This document shows positions 30,372-39,479 of a stretch of 64,000 nt of DNA, one piece after another (the first letter of the stretch is position 1; each line of letters begins with the position of its first letter). Under the pieces are notes generated by a model that saw nothing but the letters and a program-made list of their open reading frames with translations, made no database searches and was not told the DNA's origin. Position numbers and translations under genes: made by a program. This DNA comes from Candidatus Magasanikiibacteriota bacterium (GTDB lineage Bacteria > Patescibacteriota > Patescibacteriia > Magasanikbacterales > UBA922): assembly GCA_003510435.1 (NCBI GenBank), contig DOMK01000018.1, positions 14,121-78,120 of the forward strand. The letters run 5' to 3'.

Positions 30372-31799
30372 ATGACTACAACCAGAACAATCGCCCACAA
30401 TACAATTTACCAAATAATTGGCAAAATATTCTCCACCGCTTTAGGTCTTTTGGCCTTGGGTATGATGACCAGGTACTTGGGCCAAGAAAAATTTGGTTGG
30501 TATATTACGACCATGGCTTTTTTGCAATTTATTGGTATTATGATAGATTTTGGCTTAATTCCAGTCACCTCCCAAATGATGAGTGAACCTGACCATGATA
30601 AAACCAAATTATTCAAAAATTTACTAGGCTTTAGATTTGTAACCGCCATTATTTTCTTAGCATTGGCTCCAGCCATTGCTTTATTTTTCCCCTATAATGC
30701 TGAAATAAAAATCGCGATTGCCATTAGTACTATTACTTTTTTATCAGTCGCCATAAACCAAGTCTTACTGGGTTTTTTTCAAACTAGATTAAAAATGCAT
30801 ATTCAAGCAATTGGCGAAAATATTGGTAGGATCGTTTTGGTGATTGGACTTTGGTTAGTAATCAAACAACAAATGGATTTCATTTCTGTTATGTGGATCG
30901 TAGTTTTAAACAGTGTGGCTTATACCGCTTTTCTATTGTTATCAGCCAAAAAATACACCCCAATATCTTTTGGCTTTGATTGGTCAATTTGGAAAAGTAT
31001 CATGACAAAAATGTGGCCCATTGCCATTTCCATTATTTTCAATGTGATTTATCTCAAGGGCGATACTGTTTTATTATCTATTTTCAAAACTCAAGCTGAA
31101 GTTGGTCTCTATGGTGCGGCTTATCGCGTAATAGATATTTTTTCTCAGACTGCTATGATGATTATGGGTGTTATGCTCCCACTGATGGCATATAATTGGT
31201 CACGCGATATCAAAGACCATTTTAAAAAATATTATCAAATGTCTTTTGACATTCTCATGCTCTTGGCTGTGCCAATTTTGGTAGCTTCTATAATTTTGGC
31301 TGAAAAAATAATTTTATTAGTTGGTGGAATAAAATTTGTAGGTGCCACACCAATTTTACAGATTTTATCTTTAGCTGTTTTTGGTCTTTATCTTGGGGCA
31401 GTCTTTGGTCACACCGCAGTAGCCATTGATAAACAAAAACAAACCATGTGGATTTACATTTCTGATTCTATTATTACTCTTACTGGTTATTTAATATTTA
31501 TTCCCCTCTATGGTATGTACGGCGCGGCCTGGATGACAGTATTTTCCGAACTCTATGCAGGAATTTTATTATGGTTTGTAATAAAAAAACATACAAAAGA
31601 AAAACTAAAATTAAATACTTTTGGAAAGATTATTTTTGCCAGTCTAGTGATGGGAGCCACACTTTTATATTTAAAACAATTAAATATTATTGTGTTAGCC
31701 ATAATTGGTATTGTCGTCTATGGTTTAATATTAATCTTGACCAAGGGAATTTCTAAACAAACGATTTCAGAAATTATTTCTATTAAAAAAGATGTTTAA
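30372..31799 (+). CDS. polysaccharide flippase (Wzx/MOP family)
   Basis: 'IAHNT...RYLGQEKFG...DFGL', 'EVGLYGAAY', 'YGMYGAAW'. Confidence 0.9.
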   Translation: MTTTRTIAHNTIYQIIGKIFSTALGLLALGMMTRYLGQEKFGWYITTMAFLQFIGIMIDFGLIPVTSQMMSEPDHDKTKLFKNLLGFRFVTAIIFLALAPAIALFFPYNAEIKIAIAISTITFLSVAINQVLLGFFQTRLKMHIQAIGENIGRIVLVIGLWLVIKQQMDFISVMWIVVLNSVAYTAFLLLSAKKYTPISFGFDWSIWKSIMTKMWPIAISIIFNVIYLKGDTVLLSIFKTQAEVGLYGAAYRVIDIFSQTAMMIMGVMLPLMAYNWSRDIKDHFKKYYQMSFDILMLLAVPILVASIILAEKIILLVGGIKFVGATPILQILSLAVFGLYLGAVFGHTAVAIDKQKQTMWIYISDSIITLTGYLIFIPLYGMYGAAWMTVFSELYAGILLWFVIKKHTKEKLKLNTFGKIIFASLVMGATLLYLKQLNIIVLAIIGIVVYGLILILTKGISKQTISEIISIKKDV

Positions 31800-32700
31800 A
31801 TTAAAACCAGAAACAATTGGAACGATTTTTATTTTACTCGGCAACATCTTGTACGGAGCGTTTATTGTAATCGTAAATCAAACCACCAAACAAATTCAGC
31901 CATTATTTTTTGCTTCAATTTCTGTTCTTATCGCCAGTTTGACTACTCTAGTCTATGCTTTTTACAAGGGTAAATTAAAAGAACTCAAAATACGCAAGAG
32001 TTATTATCCAATTTTAATGACCACATTATTTATTGTAATAATTCCTTTCACTTTATTTTTTATTGGGGCTAGCAAAACATCTGGTATCAATTCTTCTTTA
32101 CTCCTCTTATCTGAAATCATTTTTACTGTCATTATCACCCCATTTTTTGGCGAAACAACTTCTCTTTATAAAATTCTTGGCGCGGGTGGAATTTTTTTAG
32201 GAGCAATTTTTATTTTATATAATAATAATTTTAAAATAAATATTGGTGACATTCTTATTATATTAAGCACCTTAACATTCCCCTTAGGAAATTTTTATGC
32301 CAAAAAAGCCCTTAATTTAGTTTCTTCAGAAATAATTCTTTTCATCAGGTTTTTATTAGGTGGTCTAGTTATTGGTACTCTTTCCTTAATGTTTGAACCC
32401 ACAAACTTAATCAAAAATTCAATTGTAAATCATTGGCCAATCATTTTATTAAATGGCATATTACTATTAAGTGTTAGCAAAATGTTTTATTATGAGGCTC
32501 TGAAAAGAATGGACATCTCAAAAACCATTTCACTTGGTATGACCTTTCCCATATATAGTTTGTTAATTCTAACTATATTTTTTAAAGAAGAAATAACTCC
32601 ATACAAATGGATTGGTATAGCTGTAATGCTAATTGGTGTATATTTCACCATAAAAAGAAAATCTGTTGATCCAAAACTAACCAAATATGCTCACAACTAA
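31792..32700 (+). CDS. DMT/EamA family transporter
   Basis: About 10 TM helices in two repeats. Confidence 0.85.
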   Translation: MFKLKPETIGTIFILLGNILYGAFIVIVNQTTKQIQPLFFASISVLIASLTTLVYAFYKGKLKELKIRKSYYPILMTTLFIVIIPFTLFFIGASKTSGINSSLLLLSEIIFTVIITPFFGETTSLYKILGAGGIFLGAIFILYNNNFKINIGDILIILSTLTFPLGNFYAKKALNLVSSEIILFIRFLLGGLVIGTLSLMFEPTNLIKNSIVNHWPIILLNGILLLSVSKMFYYEALKRMDISKTISLGMTFPIYSLLILTIFFKEEITPYKWIGIAVMLIGVYFTIKRKSVDPKLTKYAHN

Positions 32701-34174
32701 CACAATACTGTTTACTGTTTACTGTTTACTGTTTACTTATCTGGCCTGGAAAAATTTTCCCTGGGGACTTTATCTTTTCTTTTTTCTTTTACCAACCTAT
32801 TTAATTAGATTTAATATTGGCCCATTACCTACTACCTTATTGGAAGTTATGCTGTGGATAATTACCATAATCTGGCTAATAAAATATCATTCACATATCA
32901 TATACCACATAACACATACCACAAAACAAAATAAAATATTATTTATTGGAATCGCCGTATTTCTATTATCCGCGACAGTATCTATCTTTACTTCCACAGA
33001 CGTTCGTTCGGCACTCGGAGAATGGAAAGCCTTTTATATTGAACCAATAATATTATTTTTAATTTTGATAACCACTTTTAACCCTAAAAATTACCCACCG
33101 GAACAGACTCAACTGGATCAAAAGATCAAAAGATCAAAAGATCAATTTTCTGTCCGATCTTCCGATCTTCCGATCTTCCGATCTTCGATTATCAACCACA
33201 TAATCTTCGCTCTAATTCTATCCGGACTAATTACTTCAGTATTAGCAATATATCAACACTTCACCGGCTGGATGGTACCATACGCCTTTTGGCAAAACCA
33301 AAACACATTTCGTGTCACAGCTTGGTATGGTTTTCCCAACGCGGTCGGATTATTTTTGACACCACTTTTTCCGTTAGCAATATATGGTCTGAAAGAAAGC
33401 ATAAAAAATAAATCTTTCAATCTTTTCCCGACAGAGTACGGGATCCCGTATTATATCGGGACAATCTTTCAATCTTTAATAAAAATTATTCTTTATTCCT
33501 TATTCCTTATTTTATCTCCACTAGCAATACTATATTCAAAAGGTACCGGTCCACTCATTGGACTTGTCGCTGGCATTGGCATATTATTACTATTTTACAA
33601 AAAAACTCGCTGGCCAACTGTTATTTTAAGTCTAATTTGCCTTTCAAGCCTTTTTAGCTTTTCCAGCCTTTCAAGCCTGAAGAATGAGGTTCTTCTCCAA
33701 GATCGCTCTGGTCAAATTCGTTTATCTATTTGGAACGAGACTTGGCAATTTCTTAAAGACAACCCTATTACTGGCGCTGGTCTAGCTTCCTATCAAGAAA
33801 AAATCAAACCTTATCACACAACAGTTAATGGTGAAGGCATAGAAATTTTTCATCATCCACACAATATATTTTTGACTATGTGGATTAATCTGGGTCTATT
33901 AGGTTTAGCAAGTTTTATTGGAATTTTAGTTTCCTTATTCCTTATTCCCTGCCTCACCGGCAGGCAGGCTTATTCCTTATTCAAAAAAAATGAAAACATC
34001 CCAATCATACAATACTTTCTAACTGCTTCTTTAACAACGATAATTGTCACTGGCTTAGTCGACAGTCCATATATCAAAAACGATCTCTCAATTTTATTCT
34101 GGCTTTTGCCAGCTTTATTAATCATGAATTCGTCCAAATCACAATCAGTGAAATCTTTAAATAAATCAACGTAA
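32687..34174 (+). CDS. O-antigen ligase-family protein carrying several in-frame repeat insertions
   Basis: 'RLSIW...PITGAG...HPHNIFL', 'GFPNAVG'; inserted low-complexity and palindromic segments. Confidence 0.88.
   Translation: MLTTNTILFTVYCLLFTYLAWKNFPWGLYLFFFLLPTYLIRFNIGPLPTTLLEVMLWIITIIWLIKYHSHIIYHITHTTKQNKILFIGIAVFLLSATVSIFTSTDVRSALGEWKAFYIEPIILFLILITTFNPKNYPPEQTQLDQKIKRSKDQFSVRSSDLPIFRSSIINHIIFALILSGLITSVLAIYQHFTGWMVPYAFWQNQNTFRVTAWYGFPNAVGLFLTPLFPLAIYGLKESIKNKSFNLFPTEYGIPYYIGTIFQSLIKIILYSLFLILSPLAILYSKGTGPLIGLVAGIGILLLFYKKTRWPTVILSLICLSSLFSFSSLSSLKNEVLLQDRSGQIRLSIWNETWQFLKDNPITGAGLASYQEKIKPYHTTVNGEGIEIFHHPHNIFLTMWINLGLLGLASFIGILVSLFLIPCLTGRQAYSLFKKNENIPIIQYFLTASLTTIIVTGLVDSPYIKNDLSILFWLLPALLIMNSSKSQSVKSLNKST
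33426..33461. repeat. 36-bp palindromic element in frame in CDS
   Basis: TCCCGACAGAGTACGGGATCCCGTATTATATCGGGA flanked by CAATCTTT units on both sides. Confidence 0.85.
33948..33968. repeat. 21-bp palindromic element in frame in CDS
   Basis: (CTTATTC)2-CCTGCCTCACCGGCAGGCAGG-(CTTATTC)2. Confidence 0.85.
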
Positions 34175-34235
34175 TCAACGTTAAACCAATAATACAATTC
34201 CGTATAATCCTTTAATTCCTTTTAATCCGTGTCTT

Positions 34236-34520
34236 ATGTCAACCTGGAAAACCCCTCAACTTAAAAGTTTGTCCCAAGCAATAGCCCTACTAGACAATGA
34301 AAAAGATGTTACAAATTTTTTACGTGATCTCTGCACTTTGGAAGAATTAACCGAGATATCACATCGTTGGGAAGCAGTCAAAATGATAAGTAATAAAAAA
34401 ACTTATCGGGACATTGCCACCAAAACTGGTATGAGTACAGCCACTATCACCCGCATTGCTCGCTGGTTAAAACATGGTGAGGGCGGTTATAAAAAAACTT
34501 TAGAAAAACTGGCCAAATAA
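34236..34520 (+). CDS. YerC/YecD TrpR-related repressor (putative HisR)
   Basis: 'FLRDLCT..E...RW...TYRDIA..TGMSTATITRIAR.L..GEGGY'; immediately upstream of the his operon. Confidence 0.9.
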   Translation: MSTWKTPQLKSLSQAIALLDNEKDVTNFLRDLCTLEELTEISHRWEAVKMISNKKTYRDIATKTGMSTATITRIARWLKHGEGGYKKTLEKLAK

Positions 34521-34596
34521 GCCAGTTTTTTAGTATAAATTAATTTAAAGATTAGTGCCGATTCGTGTTAAGATTAGTGTTTATCCACAGACCTAC

Positions 34597-34636
34597 TTGA
34601 CAAATCATTTTATTTGTATTAATATGTTAATACAAA
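34597..34636 (+). promoter_or_regulatory. his promoter with TrpR-like operator
   Basis: TTGACA(34597)-N17-TAATAT; TTTGTATTAA-TATG-TTAATACAAA (34613-34636) overlaps the -10. Confidence 0.8.
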
Positions 34637-34639
34637 GAT

Positions 34640-34693
34640 ATGAATAAAAAAACCCAACAAAATTCAAACCATCACAAAATAGACCTCAGATAA
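34640..34693 (+). CDS. putative his leader peptide MNKKTQQNSNHHKIDLR
   Basis: 17-aa ORF with tandem CAT CAC codons, followed by a hairpin and a terminator. Confidence 0.6.
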   Translation: MNKKTQQNSNHHKIDLR

Positions 34694-34725
34694 AATTTTG
34701 AAGAAGTTTTATTTTGAGGTCACCT

Positions 34726-34755
34726 AGAATCGCCAAACAAGCGGTTCTTTTATTT
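34726..34755 (+). terminator. his attenuator terminator
   Basis: AGAATCGC-N7-GCGGTTCT-TTTATTT between promoter and hisG. Confidence 0.7.
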
Positions 34756-34859
34756 AACCTGAGTGAGTCCGAATGGACGATTTAAAGGGTTTACTCTCCG
34801 CCTCCCGATTAAATCGGGATTGCGGGCAGACTTATTCCTCACTCCTTATTCCTTATACT

Positions 34860-35480
34860 ATGACTAATCTAAAAATAGCAATTCAAAAAAAAGGCCACCT
34901 TAGAGACGAGAGTATATTATTTCTTAATTCTTTAGGTATAAGTTGTCAACAAAAAAACAACCAACTGATTACCAAATGCCCTAATACCAATATAGAAATT
35001 ATATTTCTTCGTGATGATGATATTCCAAATTATGTAAATAAAAATCTAATTGATTTTGGTATTATTGGCGAAGATGTGATTAAAGAAAATAATAATCAGA
35101 CTAAACTAGTAAAAAAACTTGGCTTTAGCAAATGTCAACTAGTCATGGCTAGTCCTAAAGATAGTGACATAAACAGTATAAATGATCTACAAGGTAAAAG
35201 AATTGCCACTTCTTATCCCAATATTCTAAAAAAATTTCTTGATTTAAACAAAATTCAGAGCAGTATAGTACAAGTCTCTGGTTCAGTTGAAGTGGCACCA
35301 TGCTTAAACCTGGCTGACGCAGTCTGTGATCTTACTCAAACTGGTAATACTCTGAGACAATGTGGTTTAGAACAATTTACTACTGTCTTAAAATCAGAAG
35401 CAGTACTAATTGAAAACAAATTAATAAAACCAGAAAAACAGAAACTTTTAGATCTTATAAAACAATATGCAAATAGTTAA
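34860..35480 (+). CDS. hisG: ATP phosphoribosyltransferase, catalytic core without ACT domain
   Basis: IAIQKKG, RDDDIP, RIATSYP, GSVEVAP...ADAVCDL; 206 aa from ATG 34860. Confidence 0.92.
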   Translation: MTNLKIAIQKKGHLRDESILFLNSLGISCQQKNNQLITKCPNTNIEIIFLRDDDIPNYVNKNLIDFGIIGEDVIKENNNQTKLVKKLGFSKCQLVMASPKDSDINSINDLQGKRIATSYPNILKKFLDLNKIQSSIVQVSGSVEVAPCLNLADAVCDLTQTGNTLRQCGLEQFTTVLKSEAVLIENKLIKPEKQKLLDLIKQYANS

Positions 35481-36765
35481 ATTAGCACAATTTAAAACCA
35501 CAAAACGCTACAAAATTATAATGAAACGTAGTTGTCAAAATTATGATGCACTTTTTCCTATGGTAAAAAAAATTATGAATGATATTGAAAAAAATGGCGA
35601 TACCGCTATAAAAAAATACACCAAAAAATTTGATGGGATAAATATTGATAACCCAAAAGTTAGCACAAATGAAATTAAAACTGCTTACAAAAAAGTTAGT
35701 AAACAATTTCTAACAGCACTAAATCAAGCCATATCAAACATCACTGCCGTACACCAAACACAATTACCAAGTTCTGCCGAAAAAATAGTTAAACCTACAC
35801 CTGGTATAAAAATCTGGAAAAAATGGCAATCAATAGAACGAGTTGGTCTTTATGTCCCCGGTGGAAAAGCCCTTTATCCTTCTTCGGTTCTAATGAATGG
35901 TATACCAGCTAAAATTGCCGGCTGTAAAAATATTTCTATTATTACTCCACCCCGAAAAGATGGCACGATTGCACCGGAAATATTAGTAACAGCTAACATG
36001 ATTGGTATAAAAAATATTTATAAAATTGGCGGGATTCAGGCAATTGGTGCTCTCACTTATGGAACCGAAACCATACCAAAAGTAGATAAAATAGTGGGTC
36101 CTGGCAATGCTTATGTAACTGTAGCCAAAATGATTGGTCTCATGAGTGGTAAAATTGCTATTGACTCTCCAGCTGGACCATCGGAAAATTTAATTATTGC
36201 TGATAATATTGCTAATCCAAAATTTGTCACCGCTGATCTAATGTGTGATATAGAGCATGGTGGTGATTCGGCTGCCATTCTTGCTACCACTTCAAATAAA
36301 TTAGCCGAGGAAGTGAGGCGACTAATTAAAAAAGAAATCAATAAATTTAGTACTAAAAATTATATCAAACAATCAATAAAAAAATACAGTCAAATTATAA
36401 TTGCAAATTCTATCAAAGATTGTATTACTTTTGCCAATGACTACGCCCCAGAGCACATTCAGATTATGACAACCAATTCTAAAGCAATAGCAAAACAAAT
36501 CACTAATGCTGGATCAATCTTTATTGGCAGTTATACTTGTAAATCAGCTGGCGACTATGCTACTGGTGCAAACCATGTACTACCAACAGGTGGCTCAGCC
36601 AAAATGTTTTCTGGATTATCAGTCTTGGACTTTGTCCGTCTGGTAGAATATCAAACTTGTACTAAACAAGGCTTAAAAAATATTAAAAAAACCATTGAAA
36701 CTTTTGCTGAGGTAGAAAATCTACCAGCTCACAAATATTCTTGTTCAATTCGATTCAATCAATAA
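35467..36765 (+). CDS. hisD: histidinol dehydrogenase
   Basis: GLYVPGG, KIVGPGN, AGPSE, APEH, GDYATGANHVLPT. Confidence 0.97.
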   Translation: MQIVKLAQFKTTKRYKIIMKRSCQNYDALFPMVKKIMNDIEKNGDTAIKKYTKKFDGINIDNPKVSTNEIKTAYKKVSKQFLTALNQAISNITAVHQTQLPSSAEKIVKPTPGIKIWKKWQSIERVGLYVPGGKALYPSSVLMNGIPAKIAGCKNISIITPPRKDGTIAPEILVTANMIGIKNIYKIGGIQAIGALTYGTETIPKVDKIVGPGNAYVTVAKMIGLMSGKIAIDSPAGPSENLIIADNIANPKFVTADLMCDIEHGGDSAAILATTSNKLAEEVRRLIKKEINKFSTKNYIKQSIKKYSQIIIANSIKDCITFANDYAPEHIQIMTTNSKAIAKQITNAGSIFIGSYTCKSAGDYATGANHVLPTGGSAKMFSGLSVLDFVRLVEYQTCTKQGLKNIKKTIETFAEVENLPAHKYSCSIRFNQ

Positions 36766-36790
36766 TTACTTGTAGTGAGTTTATCGAACT

Positions 36791-37855
36791 ATGAAAAACT
36801 TAGTTAACAACAACATACTAAAGATGCAACCCTACAACCCGCCCATCGAAGGCCGGGCGGGTTTGGGTTATCTTTTATTAGATTTTAATGAAAGAACTGA
36901 ACCTTATGACAAATATATTAACCAATATCTAAAAAAATGCTTAAACAATAATACTCTAAATATTTACCCAGCTTATAAAAATATTTATGAAAAAATTGCC
37001 AAATATGCTGGTGTTAAAAAAGACAATATTTTAATCACAAATGGTTCTGGCCAAGCCATTGAAATAATTTTTAAAACTTTTACCCAAAAAAATGATCAAG
37101 TTATTATCCCCTCACCCAGTTTTGCTAGATTTTATCAAAATGCAAACATAAGTAATAATATTATCATCACACCACAATACAATAAAAGTGATCTTTCTTT
37201 TCCATTAAATAAAGTACTTAAAAATATAACTTCTAAAACAAAAATGATTATTATTTGTAATCCCAATAATCCCACTGGCACCAGTCTATCACTAATAGAA
37301 ATTGAGCAAATATTACAAAAAACTAAAAATTCTCTTGTCTATATTGATGAAGCATATTTTGAATTTTCAAATATTACGGCGGTGCCATTATTGAAAAAAT
37401 ATCCAAACTTAGTAATTAGTCGAACATTTTCCAAAGCCTTTGGCTTAGCTTCATTACGGATTGGTTATATTATCGCCAACGAAAAACTAATAAAAGAAAT
37501 GCAAAAAGTTCGTGGGCCTTATGATATTAATACTCTGGGTATCAAAGCAGTTGAATATGTATTAAAAAATATTTCTGGATTAAAAAATTATGTAGATGAA
37601 GTGATGACAAAATCCAAACCAATTTTAGAAAAATATTTAACACAAAAAAATATTAAATATTATAATAGCAATGCTAATTTTGTTTTGATCAAACCCACAA
37701 ATCCTAAAAAAGTTTTTAATCATCTCAAAACTAATAACATTCTAACCCGTCCTCGTATTGACTCAGTTATTGAAGGCACAATTCGGATAACTATTGGTAC
37801 AATCAAACAAACTAAAAAACTAATAGCTATACTAGATAAATTAAATATATGTTAA
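36791..37855 (+). CDS. hisC: histidinol-phosphate aminotransferase
   Basis: NPNNPTG, DEAY, SRTFSKAFGLASLRIG. Confidence 0.95.
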   Translation: MKNLVNNNILKMQPYNPPIEGRAGLGYLLLDFNERTEPYDKYINQYLKKCLNNNTLNIYPAYKNIYEKIAKYAGVKKDNILITNGSGQAIEIIFKTFTQKNDQVIIPSPSFARFYQNANISNNIIITPQYNKSDLSFPLNKVLKNITSKTKMIIICNPNNPTGTSLSLIEIEQILQKTKNSLVYIDEAYFEFSNITAVPLLKKYPNLVISRTFSKAFGLASLRIGYIIANEKLIKEMQKVRGPYDINTLGIKAVEYVLKNISGLKNYVDEVMTKSKPILEKYLTQKNIKYYNSNANFVLIKPTNPKKVFNHLKTNNILTRPRIDSVIEGTIRITIGTIKQTKKLIAILDKLNIC

Positions 37856-38895
37856 ACAAATACGCTTTTATAGACAGGGATGGTGTACTAATCTTTGAAC
37901 CTGAGGATACCAAACAAATTGATTCTCTAAATAAACTAAAGATATTAGACGGCGTTATTCCTGTTTTAAAACAATTAATAGTTGATGATTATAAATTAAT
38001 TATGGTTTCTAACCAAGATGGTTTGGGTACAACCAGTTTTCCCCGAACTAATTTTGATATTGTCCAAGATAAATTATTAGATAATTTGAAAAAAAAAGGG
38101 ATAAAATTTTATAGAATATTTATCTGTCCACATCTGCCAAGTAATAATTGTTCTTGTCGAAAACCAGAGACTGGTTTAATTAAAGAATTTTTATTAGTAA
38201 AACCAATGGATAAAGCCAGATCTTTTATGATTGGTGATAGGGATTCTGATAAACAATTTGCCAAAAATCTTGGTATAAAATTTTATCAAACCAATACTAA
38301 TTCAAGTTTTCCTCGTTTAGCAGAACTAGAACGTAATACAAATGAAACCAAAATTTTTACTCAACTAAATCTAGATGGAATCGGTAATTATAATATTGAT
38401 ACTGGTATAAAATTTTTTGATCACATGCTAGAACAAATTGCTAAAAATTCTTTAATTGATATAGACATAAAATGCACTGGTGATTTGTCTGTAGATGAAC
38501 ACCACACCGTAGAAGACGTAGGTTTAGCTTTGGGAGCTACAATAAACAAAGCTCTAACCAATAAAAAAGGTATAAACCGTTATGGGTTTTTGTTACCCAT
38601 GGATGAAGCCTTGGCAGAAGTGGCCATTGATTTAAGTGGACGACCATTTCTAGTCTGGAATGCAAAATTCAAACGCGAAAAAATTGGGGACATACCAACT
38701 GAATTATTTGAAGATTTTTTTCGTGCTCTTAGCAACAATCTACAAGCTAACATTCACATCAACATCCGTTATGGTCGAAATGAACACCACATGGCTGAAG
38801 CTATTTTCAAGGCTATTGGCAGAACCTTGCGCCAAGCAATTGAAAATGACCCTAGACAAAAAAACTTAATCACTAGTACCAAAGGAATCTTATGA
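37849..38895 (+). CDS. hisB: bifunctional histidinol-phosphatase / IGP dehydratase (HisNB)
   Basis: N-terminal HAD DRDG...NQDG...CRKP; C-terminal DEHHTVED, NEHHMAEA, STKG. Confidence 0.96.
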   Translation: MLNKYAFIDRDGVLIFEPEDTKQIDSLNKLKILDGVIPVLKQLIVDDYKLIMVSNQDGLGTTSFPRTNFDIVQDKLLDNLKKKGIKFYRIFICPHLPSNNCSCRKPETGLIKEFLLVKPMDKARSFMIGDRDSDKQFAKNLGIKFYQTNTNSSFPRLAELERNTNETKIFTQLNLDGIGNYNIDTGIKFFDHMLEQIAKNSLIDIDIKCTGDLSVDEHHTVEDVGLALGATINKALTNKKGINRYGFLLPMDEALAEVAIDLSGRPFLVWNAKFKREKIGDIPTELFEDFFRALSNNLQANIHINIRYGRNEHHMAEAIFKAIGRTLRQAIENDPRQKNLITSTKGIL

Positions 38896-39479
38896 TCGCT
38901 ATTATAAATTATCAAGCTGGAAATATTACCTCAGTGGCCAATGCTCTTAATAAATTAGGCGTAGATTATGTTATCACCGCTGACAAAGAAATAATTAGAA
39001 AAGCTGACAAAATAATTTTTCCAGGCCAAGGCAGAGCGGGCCAGGCTATTAAGGAACTTAAAAAAGCGGGACTGATTGATCTGATTAAAAACACTTCAGT
39101 CCCCTTTCTTGGTATTTGTTTGGGATTACAAATCTTAGCCACGTCTTCTGATGAAGACAATACCAGATGCTTAGGTATAATTCCTGGCACAGTAAAAAAA
39201 TTCTCTTCAGAATTGAAAATACCACAAATTGGTTGGAATAAAGTAAACCTAACCAAACGATCGTTCCTAACGCAAGATATACCAGACAGTACTTATTTTT
39301 ATTTTGTCCACTCTTATTATCTCATAACTGAAAACAAATATATTATTGGTAAAACCAACTATGATATTGAATATCCAACCATTATAAATAAAAATAATTT
39401 TTATGCCACTCAATTTCACCCAGAAAAATCTGGTGACGTTGGTTTAAAATTATTAAATAATTTCTGCAAGTTATGTTAG
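38892..39479 (+). CDS. hisH: IGP synthase glutaminase subunit
   Basis: GICLG, YFVHSY, QFHPEKS. Confidence 0.97.
   Translation: MIAIINYQAGNITSVANALNKLGVDYVITADKEIIRKADKIIFPGQGRAGQAIKELKKAGLIDLIKNTSVPFLGICLGLQILATSSDEDNTRCLGIIPGTVKKFSSELKIPQIGWNKVNLTKRSFLTQDIPDSTYFYFVHSYYLITENKYIIGKTNYDIEYPTIINKNNFYATQFHPEKSGDVGLKLLNNFCKLC

Noticed and set aside
22779-34233. Short repeat tracts as a CRISPR array
   Set aside because: Units are 7-9 bp and contiguous, with no unique spacers and no cas genes.
34773-34859. 29-aa N-terminal extension of HisG in the ORF track
   Set aside because: It is translated nested palindromic and heptamer repeat DNA; homology starts at ATG 34860.
36771-36791. TAGTGAGTTTATCGAACTA between hisD and hisC, and GCCCCGTACC at 47884
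   Set aside because: Possibly further micro-element variants, but single, short and imperfect here.
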